A stretch of 64,000 nt of DNA from the human T2T-CHM13v2.0 reference genome, Homo sapiens. Below the pieces are notes generated by a model. That model was not told the DNA's origin and searched no databases. It saw only the letters and a program-made list of their open reading frames with translations. This document shows, in pieces, positions 29,731-44,500 of this stretch. Every line of letters starts with the position of its first letter. Within the stretch, counting starts at the first letter, position 1. The translations under genes and the position numbers were made by a program. The stretch lies in the NCBI RefSeq assembly GCF_009914755.1, contig NC_060926.1, one strand, 5' to 3'.

Positions 29731-30088
29731 GGAGTCTTAGCCAGTTCATGCTGCTATAACAAAATACCATAAACTGGATGGCTTACAAATAGCAGGAATT
29801 TATTTCTCACAATTCTGAAGGCTGGGAAGCCTGAGATCAGGGTGCCAGCATGGTCAGATTCTGGCGAGAGCTTCTTCTGGGTTGCAGATGGTGTTCTCAC
29901 TGTGTCCTCACATGGCAGAAGGGGTGAAAGAGCTCCCCTGGGTCTCTTTTGTAAGGGCATCAATCTCATTCATGAAGGCTCATGACCTAATCACCTCCCA
30001 ATGGCCCCACCTCCTAATACCATCATCTGGGGTGTTAGGATTTCAACAAATACATTTGTAGGTAGACACTAACATTCAGACCATAGCA
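29731..30088 (-). mobile_element. MLT1A-like MaLR LTR
   Basis: gtcttagcc..gctgctataacaaaataccataaactgg...aacattcagaccatagca. Confidence 0.8.
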
Positions 30089-30440
30089 AATGGTATGCAG
30101 CAGAGATGAATAAACCAAGGTATCGGCTCCCATTGTTCTGCTCAGTCACCATCTACCATGAGTACCAGGGAGCTGAGGAAGAAGAGAAGCAACTCTAGCA
30201 GCCAGAAAGAAGCAGGATGACAAATGGAGCTCCGATCTGAAGGGTCCAGGCAAGCCTCCATTGAAACCAAGGCAGGTCCCTGATACTCCAGGTCTTAGTG
30301 GGTGTAGACAAGCAGGGTCCTAGGCCCAGGAATGTCAAGCATTGGACAGGAGTCTATAATTTGCTTTCCATCTAGCAGAATAGTCAATAAATGAGAAAAC
30401 TGTGCTCCAGTCATTCACTCAAGAGGTTGGAAATGGCTTT

Positions 30441-30970
30441 GTATTAGTTGTCTATTTGCTGCCTAACAAATTGCCTCAACACTTAGTAGCTTAAAACAAT
30501 AATAATTTACCTCTCACAGTTTCCATGGCTCATAAATTCAGACAGGGCACATCACAGTGAGGATGGCTTGTCCTTGCTCCACTATGTCTGGGGTCATGGC
30601 TGGAAGAAGCAAAGGCTGGGGCTGGCATTATCTGAAGACTCATTCACTCACACGCCTGACTGTTGATGCTGACTACAGGCTGAAGGCCCAGCAGGGACAG
30701 TTGGCCAGACACCAACGTCAGCCTCTCCACGCAGCCTGGGCTTCTGCAGAGTATGGTGGCTGTCCAAGGGCCAGGCTCCTGAAAGAGGGCCAGGCAGAAA
30801 CTTCATGCTTTTTATAACCTTGGGAGTCACAGAGTATCATTTCTGCCCCATTATGTTTGTTATAATACATAACACTAAGTCCTACCCATATTTAAGAGAA
30901 AGAGAAATAGCTTCCATCTTTAGATGGGAGAAGGGTTAAAGAATTTGTGGACCTATTTTAAAACCACCAT
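30441..30970 (-). mobile_element. Older MLT1 (F/G/H-like) LTR
   Basis: tgtattagtt..tttgctgcctaacaaattgcc..acttagtagcttaaaacaa...tttaaaaccacca. Confidence 0.7.
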
Positions 30971-31813
30971 AGGCCTCATAGTTACATGGATTTTGACAAA
31001 TAGGGACATTTAAGGGTGACAAATAAGGGCATTTAAGGTTGCTCTCATATTCCGTTTTCTTTGCAAAACTAAGATGCTGAAATTTGAAGAAGATACAGAT
31101 CGAAAGACCTTAAGACTTTAGCTTTTATGATGCCATGCCACCTCCAGCCTAGGCACATAAGAAGGAGGTAAGAGGACTCATTTAGGCTCCCGCCAGCAGT
31201 TCCCAAAGGGCTCCCTCCCAGAGAGGAATTAAATATGCTCTGATGATTATGATGTAGGGAAGGGAGGCTTTCACCTGTAAATATAATAGGAGGCATCATT
31301 AGACATTTGGGAAGGTCCATAGAAAAGTCAACAGGGGGAAAGCGGGACTGGACAAAACCTACTAGCATGTAAGCAGGAATCTCTCTACTGTCATAGGTTT
31401 TACCCTAGTCTCTGTACACACTAGCTATCTAAATTACACATGCCCTAACATAACTACTCACCCTGCATGAGCATTAGTTTCCTCATCCTGTAAACGTGAA
31501 TGATAATAGCAGCCATGGCATAGGGTTTGCACGGGAGTTAAGTGAGATCATTCATGTACTGTGCAGTGCCGACACTTCGTGCATTATCTTCAAGGTGGTT
31601 GTTGCTATCTATCCTGTTACCAGCTGTCCCCCAACTCCACCGCCTCTAAAGAAGATGCGAGCCCTGCCTGTTCAGTTGTCTTCCTCTTTCTGAAGCTTGG
31701 AGAGATCCAGCCTTGCTAGGGGAGTTTCTGGAGCTTTTCCTATGGGGGAGGAGAGAATGAGCAAGAGAAAGAAAGGAGGAAGCAGGACCCACACTGAGAG
31801 AGAAGTTTTTTAG

Positions 31814-32434
<621 letters not shown>

Positions 32435-32642
32435 TAATTTTAACTAAAATGAAGGCTCCAAACTGTTGGTATAGCATGCTTCCATTTGTGTTAGGTTTTT
32501 ACATAGAAAATTTCTAGAAGAAATAAAAGTAACCATTAAGAGTAGCTTTCTCTGAGCTACAAGAGATACTGATTTTTCATTTTATACCATTTGTTTTACT
32601 AATTTTTTTCCAACCTGAGCACATGTAACTTTCTCTATTTAA

Positions 32643-33023
<381 letters not shown>

Positions 33024-33301
33024 ACCAGAGAAAGGATTTTCTAAGACAAATCCTATATGTGGTTCAAAAAATACAATGACCAACTTGAGTTTCTCTAGAT
33101 TAACTTTTGGTTGCTGTGGATGTTTCTGGTCAGGACACTGCTCAGAGTCTGGGCCTTGTGCAGATAATTTTATAAGCATTACATATTTTTATCTAAAATG
33201 AAGGCTCCAAACTGTTGGTATAGCATGCTTCCATTTGTATTAGGTTTTTGCATATAAATTTTCTAGAAGAAATAAAAGTCACCATTAAGAGTAGTTTTCT
33301 C

Positions 33302-33587
33302 ACTGGGTGCAGTGGCTCACGCCTGTAATCCCAGCACTTTGGGAGGCCAAGGCGGGTGGATCACAAGGTCAGGAGATCGAGACCATCCTGGCTAACATAG
33401 TGAAACCCCGTCTCTACTAAAATACAAAAAAAAAATTAGCTGGGCGTAGTTGCTACTCAGGAGGCTGAGGCAGGAGAATGGCGTTAACCTGGGAGGCAGA
33501 GCTTGCAGTGAGCCGAGATCACGCCACTGCACTCCAGCCTGGGCAACAGAGGGAGACTCTGTCTCAAAAAAAAAAAAAAAAAAAAAA
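33302..33587 (+). mobile_element. AluY (small internal deletion)
   Basis: TSD agtagttttctc on both sides; empty site visible in copy 1. Confidence 0.92.
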
Positions 33588-33624
33588 GTAGTTTTCTCTG
33601 AGCTACAAGAGATACTAATTTTTC

Positions 33625-33934
33625 GTTTTATTTTTATTTATTTATTTATTTTTTGAGACAGAGTCTCCCTCTGTCACCCAGGCTGGAGTGCAGTGGCACG
33701 ATCTCCGCTTGCTGCAACCCCCTACTCCTGGGTTCATGCCATTCTCCTGCCTCAGCCTCCCAGTAGCTGGGACTACAGGCACCCACCACCACGCCTGGCT
33801 AAGTTTTTGTATTCTTAGTAGAGACGGGGTTTCACCGTGTTAGTGAGGATGGTCTCGATCTCCTGACCTCATGACCAGCCCGCCTTGGCCTCCCAAAGTG
33901 CTGGGATTACAGGTGTGAGCCACCGCGCCCAGCC
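33625..33934 (-). mobile_element. AluY
   Basis: TSD taatttttc (33616-33624, 33935-33943); empty site visible in copy 1. Confidence 0.92.
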
Positions 33935-34170
33935 TAATTTTTCATTTTATACCATTTGTTTTACTAATTTTTTTTCCAACCTGAGCACACATAACTTTCT
34001 CTATTTAATGTAAATTAGTGTTGTAAAGAAATAGCCATTTATTAAATCCCCATTAAATATCTGTTAGGGATTTTATATGCATTGTATCTGATCCACACAA
34101 CAACTTTGCAAGATTGATTTTATCTCCTATTTTATAGATGAGCAAACCTAGGCTTGAAAGATGAAGTGAA

Positions 34171-34614
34171 TGTATTGGTCAGGATTCTCCAGAGAAACAA
34201 AATCAACAGGAAAGAGAAAGATTTATTTTAAGGAATTGGCTCACGTGATTGTGGGTGCTGGTAAGTCCCGAATTCATAGGGCACGCCAGCAGCCTGAAAA
34301 TTCGGATAAGAACTGATGTTACCGTCTAGAGTGTGAATTCAGCAGGGCAGCAGGCTGGAAACTCAGGCAGGGTTTCTGTGTTGCAGTCTTGAAGGAAATG
34401 CCTTCTTCTTCTGGAAACCTCAGTCTTTGCTTTACTTAAGGCCTTCAAATAATTGGATGACGCTCAACACATGATGGAGGGTAATCTGCTTGACTCAGCC
34501 TCTACTGGTTGTGTTAGCCACATCTAGGAAATACCTTCATAGCAACATCTACACTGTTGACTCAACATCGGGCACTGCAGCCTTGCCCGTCTAACACATA
34601 AATTAACCATCACA
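34171..34614 (-). mobile_element. MLT2 (ERVL) solo LTR inserted in a MIR
   Basis: tgtattggtcaggattctccagagaaac...aaattaaccatcaca; 5-bp TSD gtgaa. Confidence 0.85.
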
Positions 34615-35368
34615 GTGAATTGGCCAAAATTTCACAGCTAATAAATTGTTAGTCTGGATTGGAACCCACAGTCCCACATTCTGGAGCCAAAGGCTAGAAG
34701 TGGATGAGCAGACTACAGGCATAGGGTATACACAAATGGCTGGCTGTCTTGGGCGAGTGGAGTAAAGAAGAGGGTAAGGCATAACCCTTGCAAGACACTC
34801 CCGGATCAGATGGCAGCTCTCCTGCGCTTCTCCACTGAGCTCTGATGCCAACTAACCGGGAGACACTGGAAGTCACTCCTCTCTCCATCTGTGCTGTTGG
34901 TTTTTTCCCTCCTCCGAAGGGAGAGATTAAAGTAAATAGTCTTTAAGGGCCCTTTAAGTCATACATGTTAAGATTCAATGCCGCTGAGAGGAAACACAAA
35001 TTAATACCACAATAATGTACCACTATATGCCCATCAGAAAGGTTACAGAGACTGAAAATGCCAAGTATGTGTATAACTCAATAAGAAAAGGCAAAAGTTA
35101 CATATTTTTATATATATATATATATATATATAATTACACAAAAGAAGCTACACTATTTTTTTTTTAATAAACGCAAAGAGGTGGTTCTCATAAAAGTCAG
35201 GATACCACTGTCTTTAGTGAGGAAGGAATGAGTTATAATCAGGAAAAAGCCTGATAGGGCTCCTTGAGTCCAGATGGTGTTCTGCAGGTTTCTTGACCTG
35301 GAGGTGGTTGCACAGATGATCACTTACAGTAATCCATTAAGCTCTTCACAACATTTAGGTTTTATATA

Positions 35369-35713
35369 CAGTCATGCAGTGCATATGGACATTTTGGTCA
35401 GTGATGGATCACATATACAATGGTAGTCCCATGAGATTATAACACTGTATTTTTACTGTACCTTTTCTATGTTTATATATGTTTAAATACATAAATTCTT
35501 ACCATTGTGTTACACTTGCCTACATATTCAATATGGGAACATTCCGTCCAGGCTTGTAGACTCAGAGCAATAAGCTCTACCATGCAGCCTAGGCGTGTAG
35601 TAGGCTACAACATCTGGGTTTGTGTAAGTACACCCTGATGTTTGCACAACGATGAAATTGCCCAAGGACACATTTCTCAGACTCTGTTCCCATGGTTAAG
35701 TGATGCAATACTG
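35369..35713. mobile_element. Tigger3a/MER7-type DNA transposon within an old L1M fragment
   Basis: TA|cagtcatgc...gcaatactg|TA inverted termini with TA target duplication. Confidence 0.8.
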
Positions 35714-37599
35714 TACTTTTATGTATAGATGGTATATTTTACAATAAAAATTTCTAAAAATAAATAAGAAACTTCGAAGTTGCTGCTCTCTTGATGCCCT
35801 GGAAGACAGGAGGCTCTGGGAAGAACCCCAGGCAGACAGCTTCAGCTCAGAGGCCTGACTCCCGGGCCAGGGTTCTGGCCACTGGCTCTGCTACCTTTCC
35901 GTACGAGGAAGGGACTTTGAAAAATTTTCTCTCCCTGTTCCACTCCTTTCAGGGCTCTTAATCAAGAGGAGGCACATCTTATTATAGAAGGCGCCTTCCA
36001 TTTCACTCCAGACACAGCCTTCTCTTCCCTTGTCTGATGTGTTGATTAGATTTCAGGCAGGATTACCGGGGTTGATGCCATTAAGTAAAAAGTTATCTCC
36101 TTTGGAAACAGCCCAGAAAGTCTGGATTCCATTTTTAAAAGCCTCAGATCCCATTAAAGATGAAACATTGAGAACCAAGTGGATTTAGATTGGGTGGGAG
36201 AAATCAGAACTCCAAGTGCTGGCAGGCTCATGTGAACACCTGGGTGGGGAAGGGGGAAGAGGGATGGCGGTAAAATGGGGACAAGGAGTGTACTTTGGCA
36301 GTAAGATCAGCAAATTCTCAGCAACTCTCTTCCTCAAGAGCAAGTGATCAATAAATCAAATACTGCCCATCTGCTAGGCAGTCACTGAATAAATTACGGT
36401 ATGCTCACACCATGATATATTGTGCGTCCATTAAAAGTACAAATTAGAGTTACATCAATGGACTTGGGTGGATTTCCACCAGGTATTATTGATTGAGAAA
36501 AGCAAGATACTTCAGCCTTTAAAGCATCTGTAACATGCTCCTATTGTATAAAACAATGACAAACAACCCTCCTCTTATGTACATGAATACTTCTGTACAT
36601 GTATATGTGCCCATATGAGTCTGCATGTACGGAGCAAAATATGGAAAGAAACATACCAGGTTGTTAACATCAACTACCCAGCAAGATTTTGGGTGGTGGT
36701 GGGTGCTGAAGAGGATGGAGGAGACATGAAAGGTGGAACCAAACAAAAGAAAACCATGAAAAACAGCCAGCAGGAATGATAGGATCACATGTATGTGTTT
36801 ATGTAAAAACGAATAAGGGGTGGGGAATTTAACTATGTATTGCACCTCTACTTTCTCTAGCCCTATCTCAGGCATTGTAAAGAACAGAGGACAGCTCTGT
36901 TGGCCGGAAGCTTACACTCCCTTTGGGAAAACAAGGCAAACCCATGCAGCACTCAGTGAGCAAGCCAACATAATTCAACGTTCGAATTCCCTATCTCCTG
37001 AGTTCCTATCACTCTATTATATTGTTTATTTAACAAGCATTTCTTCAGGCCACACTAGGTGCCAGGTGTGATCATTGTCCCTGAGGAGTTAAAAAAGCAA
37101 TATAATTAGAGATGGATATCTAGTGCTAAGTAAATATTATCAAATGGGGTTAAAATAGCTGTAATTTGGACAGAGAGAGGTGCTGTATGATATTTTGTCT
37201 TTATAGCCTTTGTAGTCCATCACATCAGTATCTAGGGCTGGAGAAAGACCTTATCACCCATCTAGTGTAACTTCTATATATTAATTATGAGGAAACTGAG
37301 GCCCTGGGGGAGCAAATGAGAGTAGTCCCTTCCAGTGATTAGCAGAGCTGAGCTACAGCCCACAGCTCAAGAACCAGGCTTGTTTCTGTCCACCACACAA
37401 TAGTGTCTTCAAGCAAAACTAAGAACAAATAATGTCTGAGAGTGAAGGATTTGATGTTTTAATGATCTTTCATCTGAAGCAGCAAATATAATAGGGAAAA
37501 TATGGTGCTATAGGTTCAATTGTCTCCCCCCAAAAGATGTATTCAGGTCTTACCCTCTGGAACCTATGTATGTGAGCATATTTGAAAATAGAGCCTTTG

Positions 37600-37692
37600 T
37601 GGTATCGATGACTGCTACACCTCAGCCCGGGGCTGCACTGCCACCCTGGGCAACTTCAGTAGGTAGGTGGTCCACGCATGGGGCATAGCCAT
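37600..37692 (+). pseudogene. Retroposed RPS2 exon end + 5' splice site + intron start, co-inserted with SNORA10
   Basis: 37601-37657 translates GIDDCYTSARGCTATLGNF (ribosomal protein uS5/RPS2), then gtaggt at 37659 and ~34 nt of intron before the snoRNA. RPS2 is the SNORA10 host gene. Confidence 0.9.
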
Positions 37693-37825
37693 GGTCTCTC
37701 AGCTCTGCTTAACCACACGGGTCCAGTGTGTGCTTGGCGTGTTTTCAGGGAGGCAGAGAAAGGCTCTCCTAATGCACGACAGACCCGCCCAGAATGGCCT
37801 CTCTGTTCCTAGGAGTGTGACAATT
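37693..37825 (+). ncRNA. SNORA10B: H/ACA box snoRNA SNORA10 (ACA10) retrocopy
   Basis: 133 nt recognised as SNORA10 (GGTCTCTCAGCT...CCTAGGAGTGTGACAATT); H box AGAGAA 37755-37760; ACA box 37820-37822, 3 nt from the end; followed by poly(A) and TSD. The B symbol is from recall. Confidence 0.9.
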
Positions 37826-38629
37826 TTTGGGTTAAAAAAAAAAAAAAAAGAAAATAGAGCCTTTGCCTATGTAATGAAGTTAAGATGAGGTCATACTGGA
37901 TTGGGGTGTTTCCTAAATCCAGTATGACTGGTGTCCTTATAAGAAGAGAGAAATGTGGACACAGAGATACAGACACACAGGGGAGAAGGCCACACCAAGA
38001 TGGAGGCAGAGATGGAATGCTGTATCTGTCTGTAAGCCAAGGAGCTCCAAGGCCTGCCAGCAACCACCAGAAGCTAAAATAGGCAAGGACGGATCCTTCT
38101 CTAGAGCCTTTGGAAGAACATGACCCTGTAGACACCTTGATTTTAGACTTCTAGCCTCTAGAACTGTAAGATAATATATTTCTACTGTTTTAAGCCATGC
38201 TAATATACATCGCTTGGAGTTTGTTAGATCTAGGTAAAATCTTGTTTTTGTTATTTACAAGACGGATGATCTTGGACAAACCAACAAACTTCGTTGATCC
38301 TTGGCTTCATTACTGTAAAACAGGGATAATAGCAGCACCTCGGTTGCTGTGAGGATAAAACAAGGTAACTCATGGACAGCACCCAGCTCCTAACCACTCT
38401 ACTGAACTCTGGGAAAGGAAATGGACCAGGCTGGGCTCGGGGAAGGTAGCAGGCTCTGAGTCCCTCTTCCCCTGAACTTCATGATGCCATGTGGAGCAAG
38501 GCTGGCCAATTCATCTTTTTGGCTGGAATTAACCTACAGTAATGGCTTGCATGCTGTAGAATAGCTATGCTGTTGGCTGAAGCCTATCCCTCCCTGACAG
38601 TAACAACTTAATGGTCTAGAGAGTGATGC

Positions 38630-39026
38630 TGAGGCAGGAGAATGGGGTCTGGAGGGAGGGAACATAAAGCCAATTCACACTGACTTCCTAGAACTCAATC
38701 AAATAGAAACACTTCAGCTATGACAGGAAATACCCTCTCCATTTACATAGGGCGTACACCAACTAAATGACTTTGTAACTTTACTACATTCTCCTCATTT
38801 ACATAGAGTGTACACCAGTGAAAACCTCTAGAGGGTATTTAAATGCCCCAAAATTCTGTAACGGGGCTCTTGGGCCCTTATGCTCAGGCCCACTCCCACC
38901 CTGTGGAGTGAACTTTTGTTTTCAATAAATCTCTGCTTTTGTTGCTTCATTCTTTCTTTGCTTTGTGTGTTTTGTCCAATTATTTGTTTGAGACGCCAAG
39001 ACCCTGGACACCCTTCATCATTATCA
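38630..39026 (+). mobile_element. MER51-like ERV1 solo LTR
   Basis: TG...CA termini, tgaggcaggagaatggggtctggagg start, internal AATAAA, 4-bp TSD atgc. Confidence 0.85.
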
Positions 39027-39851
39027 ATGCTACAGAAAACTGAGATGACACTGATAAGAGAGGGCATTGGTTTGAGCAAAAGACCCAGGTTCTATTCCTG
39101 GCTTGAAGACTTACTCTGTTGACCTTGGAATTTGCATCCCAGTAGGAATAACAACACCTTCAGCCTCATAAAGCATTAGTAAAAATGAATGTGTTCTTAA
39201 AAGTCCTTTGAACAATGGAGCAGAGCTACCAAAAGACAAACTGAGTCAGCTATAGATACAGATGTAAATTTAGGTTTCGCTTCTAGAGTAAGGGAAAGAC
39301 AAAATTCCTGTTTGCCTGCATATATCCATTAAACTCCTTTTGAACAATTGCTAGGATCTGAGGACACAAAAATGAGTAAGATGCAGTTCCCTGTCCTCAA
39401 GTCCTTGCAATCTGGTGAGGAAGACAGTGCAAGAACCATGAGAACAGTCAGAAGCCATGATCCTGACTTGAGAAAGGTCTGGAGGTTTCTGGAGCTTGAA
39501 TGGAAGGAAGGATGGTCAAAGAAAGCCTTTCAGAGGAGGAAACTCTGTGTCATTTTTTCTATTGCCAATTTTAAAAAGTGATTCTGGTCTCAAGATCTCA
39601 GAAAAAGCTATCATAAGTCATGGAATCATCTCCTATTTATTTTACAATGTATGAAAAATCCTTGATCTCCCTCTTTGCCTCATACCTTCTAAGAATGAGG
39701 TACCTTAAAAACACATCCACACAAAAACCTACATATGGATGCTTTTAGCAGCTTTATTCATAATGCCAAAACCTGGAAGCAACCAAGATGTCCTTCAGGA
39801 GGTGAATGGATAGGTAAACGGTGATACATTCAGACAATGGAATATTATTCA

Positions 39852-40381
39852 TATAAGATACAATAAATCTTTCTGAGTTTGTCTTCAAAGGGTTTAGCCT
39901 ATTAACTTCCTTATCCTTTGTTCTCAAACTCAACTTTCTTTTTCTTCCTTGCCCCTAGTTACTGTAAACAGCCTACCCCCTTCCCGTCAGCTCTAATCAA
40001 TAACTCACGTCTGTTCCCTTGGTTACCTGTACCCATTGTTCCCCCAAAAACTGCACGTCTCACACACTCCACCTCTGTACCTCACGTTCCGCCTCCCCTT
40101 TTATATTTAGAAAAATATATACAAGTAGCCAATGGGGTCAGCTCAGATTGTGCGGTCCGACCCCAGCCCATGGGGGGGGGGTGACACAGAGATAGGGACT
40201 GCATTAAGGATAAAAACCCCCTGGTCTCCTTTGTTCTCTATGCTCTTGCCATCTTGATCAATGCAAGTGGCACCCGTCTGCAGAAGTAAATTGCCTTGTT
40301 GAGAAAATTAAACTTTTGCCTGCGTGCTGGTTTTACTTCGCGGCACCAAGCATTTATTCCTGAAGCGTTTTATATCCAACA
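39852..40381 (+). mobile_element. LTR10-like ERV1 solo LTR
   Basis: tcttcaaagggtttagcct..aacttcct, gccaat..cagctcagattgtgcggtcc, ends caaca; 4-bp TSD ttca. Confidence 0.75.
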
Positions 40382-40403
40382 TTCAGCACTAAAAAGACAC
40401 GAA

Positions 40404-41580
<1,177 letters not shown>

Positions 41581-44500
41581 AGACACTAGCTATCAAGCCA
41601 TGACAAGACATGGAGGCACCTTAAGTGGGGATATTAACCAAGTGAAAGAAGCCAATCTGGCAAGTCCACCGCGCCCTGCCTGCCTTCCTCCTTTCTGGTC
41701 ATCAAACTGTTTGCTTCTAACAGTGCCCAGTGAGTAGGATTCTATTGAGTGCCAGGTGTAGGAGGAGAGATGCCAGCAGGAAAAAGGAGAAGCAATGCTG
41801 GCTGCTTCATGGTACCTGTTAGCTTGAAAACACAAAGATGCTCTCCCTGCGTCTTGTTTGACAAGCGATCGGCGGGAGGCGCGCTTGTTGGCATGAACAG
41901 GAACCACTGCCTGCTTTCCTTGACATGGAAGAGCATGAACTTCTTTGAGCAGATCTGTGTGGCAATGTCACCCTGAAATGAAAGTGCCCGGAGGGTCACA
42001 GGACACCCTGCTGAGGATAGAAGAGCCAGTAATCCCAGGGCTATGGAATTGAACAGCAGAGCAGCCCAGCGATAATGGAGGGGAAATGTCACAGAGGCCC
42101 TGAAAAGAACCCTGTGCCTTTGAGGAGGTAAAGCCAGGGGGAGGGGCAACTGTGACAGGGGCTGGGGCGGAGAGGGTGCCTCCTCACTTCTCTCTGCCCC
42201 TTATCTTTCCCACCTCCTTGTTATCTTACGAGGAGCTGTGCTAAGCCTTTCATGTGCCTGTTTTAGTTTTGGACTGACAGCCTGAAGATAACCTCACTTC
42301 TTTTATGAGCAGTGGGACCCTGAGTTATCACTTAGACCCTCTGAGGCTCCATTCCTACGTGAGAAGTGGGGACGTTAGTTCCTGCCGTAGTCACTGAGAG
42401 TGTGGGCAGCAGTGGCAACCCAGGCTTAGAGGAGGGTGGACCAGGCAAGGTCCCTGACGCCTCTACCCACCCAGACCTGCTTGGGCTAGTGAATAGAGAC
42501 ATGATGCCTCTCGTGCAGGTTTTAGGGGAGAATTTTCTTCATTAAAAGCTACCGTTCGAATGCCTCCTTGGTGCCAACCACACTCACTATATCATTTCAT
42601 ATACAATGCCCCGCTCGTATAACTACCTATGAGAGGTTAAATGGTTCCCATTTTGCAAATGAGGAAACTGAGGAGCAGAGAGTTTTGATGCTCAAGGTCA
42701 CAGAGCCAGGCCTGTGGGTGCACTACACTGTCTGCAGTGTAGCAGGCTCTCGACAGCCATTGGTTCTCTCCCTGCCCCTTCATTCACAGGACTGATGTAA
42801 GAATAGGCAAACTGTGGAGACAGTGAAAAGATCAGTGGTTGCCCGGGAGGGATTTATAGGCAGAGCAGAGAATTTTTAGGCCATGAAGCTATTCTGTATG
42901 ATGCCATCATGGTAGATACATGTCACTATATATTTGTCAAATGACAAGGCATTTGTAAACAATAGATGAAAATAGTACTTTATAAATATAGGCAGCTTTT
43001 TTAAATATATACAAAAGTCCTCTATTTTGTAAGTTGACATTTAAAACTAAGAAAACATCACAAATTTATAGTCCTGTAAATATTCCTTAGACTAGGATTA
43101 CAAAGAGTGTTCACCAACAGAAAATATTTCTACAGTTCCCCAAAAAGATTTACTTAAACCATCCAATGACTCATTTTTATGGTACTGATGTAGTTTTGAA
43201 AGTCAAATAACAGTCTGTAAGGACCGAAAATCAAAATAGAGCTTTCTGTTAAAAAAAAAAAAAAATCATTTAGCACTCGTGGAAGATATTCAATTAGGAA
43301 AAATAGAAAGAGTTATTTTTCTTCCTGGTGGCTATCTCATATCATTTCATTTTCTGTTCATCTCCACTGCATTCCCGCAGCGGGCGCCTCCTCCATGCAC
43401 AGCTGCGCTGGTCTCTGGTTTCGCCACCTCTGTTCCCTCTTCACTGGGCTGTGACTTTGGTTATAACTAGTTGTGCCTTCCCAGAAGCCGGCAGGGGAGG
43501 CCCCCAGGATGGAGCCAGGGTTATAGGCGAAGTACCCAGGCAGGGCCAGCCTCATGGACACGTGTGTGACCAGAGCAGCCACCCAGGGCCCCACACTCAT
43601 CAGGGCCCCCTGCGCTCAGGACTGAATGCTCTGCAGTGGCTATCTTGAAATTCTTAGTAATTCTTTCTTTGAATTTGTGCTTTGTAAGTGAAGTCTGACT
43701 CACAACGGAGCCTCATCTCATTCCCTGTCCCTCCCCCTGCTGCCTCCCTAGGTCCCTCCTCCCCACCTCCTGGTCTCCAGCCCTGCCTGGCCTTCCCCTC
43801 CACGCTCCTGTCCTGCCATCACTGCTATCCTCTGCCCAGGGTGGTGACCAGGTCGCATCAGCAGGGACAGACCCACATTTCTGGGCACAGGCATGGGAGG
43901 ATTAGGGTCAGACACACACGCTGTGACATCTTGGGATGAGGCAAGTCGGCAGCTGTCCTCTTTCAGGGCTGGCACAAGCAACTCAGCCAGAACCTCCCTC
44001 CACCCCCGATGCAGCTACCAAGTCATCCCAGTGTGGAAGCTGTCATCCCTTGGGGGTCACCTGGCCTCTCTGGCTTGGATGGCAGCTGGCAGGCCATGGG
44101 AAGGTGAAAATGCTTTCCTGACCTAGCAGGGGCTCTGTATTTTTTTTTTTTTTTTTTTTTTTTTGCATCTGCATCAAATTATGTAGCCAGCCTTCCCCTC
44201 AGGTCTCTCTTCCTGCCCTTCAGTGAGCACCAGGGTCCCCAGGTCCTGTTTCCTTCTCTCTGTACCACCTGGATGGTGCTCTCGTCCTTCCTCCTGTTCC
44301 TCTTCTAAGCCCAGCTTAGATTCTGCCCCTGCCCCAGCCAACACTTGCCTTCATCAGCGTCCTCTTCCTTTCCGTGCCCATGGCGCTTAATGCAGCCTGG
44401 CTCTTGACCTAGTGGCCTTCACCTCTTTGGGTCTCAGTTTCGTCTTCTTTATAATGGGGGAGAGAAGATGTGGCCAGCTCTTAGGAGCCCGTCCCCAAGG

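Larger units (their letters stand above)
37506..38208 (+). mobile_element. MLT1B/C-like MaLR LTR hosting the RPS2/SNORA10 insertion
   Basis: tgctataggttcaattgtctcccccc...gttaagatgaggtcatactggatt...gacttctagcctctagaactgtaagata. Confidence 0.8.
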
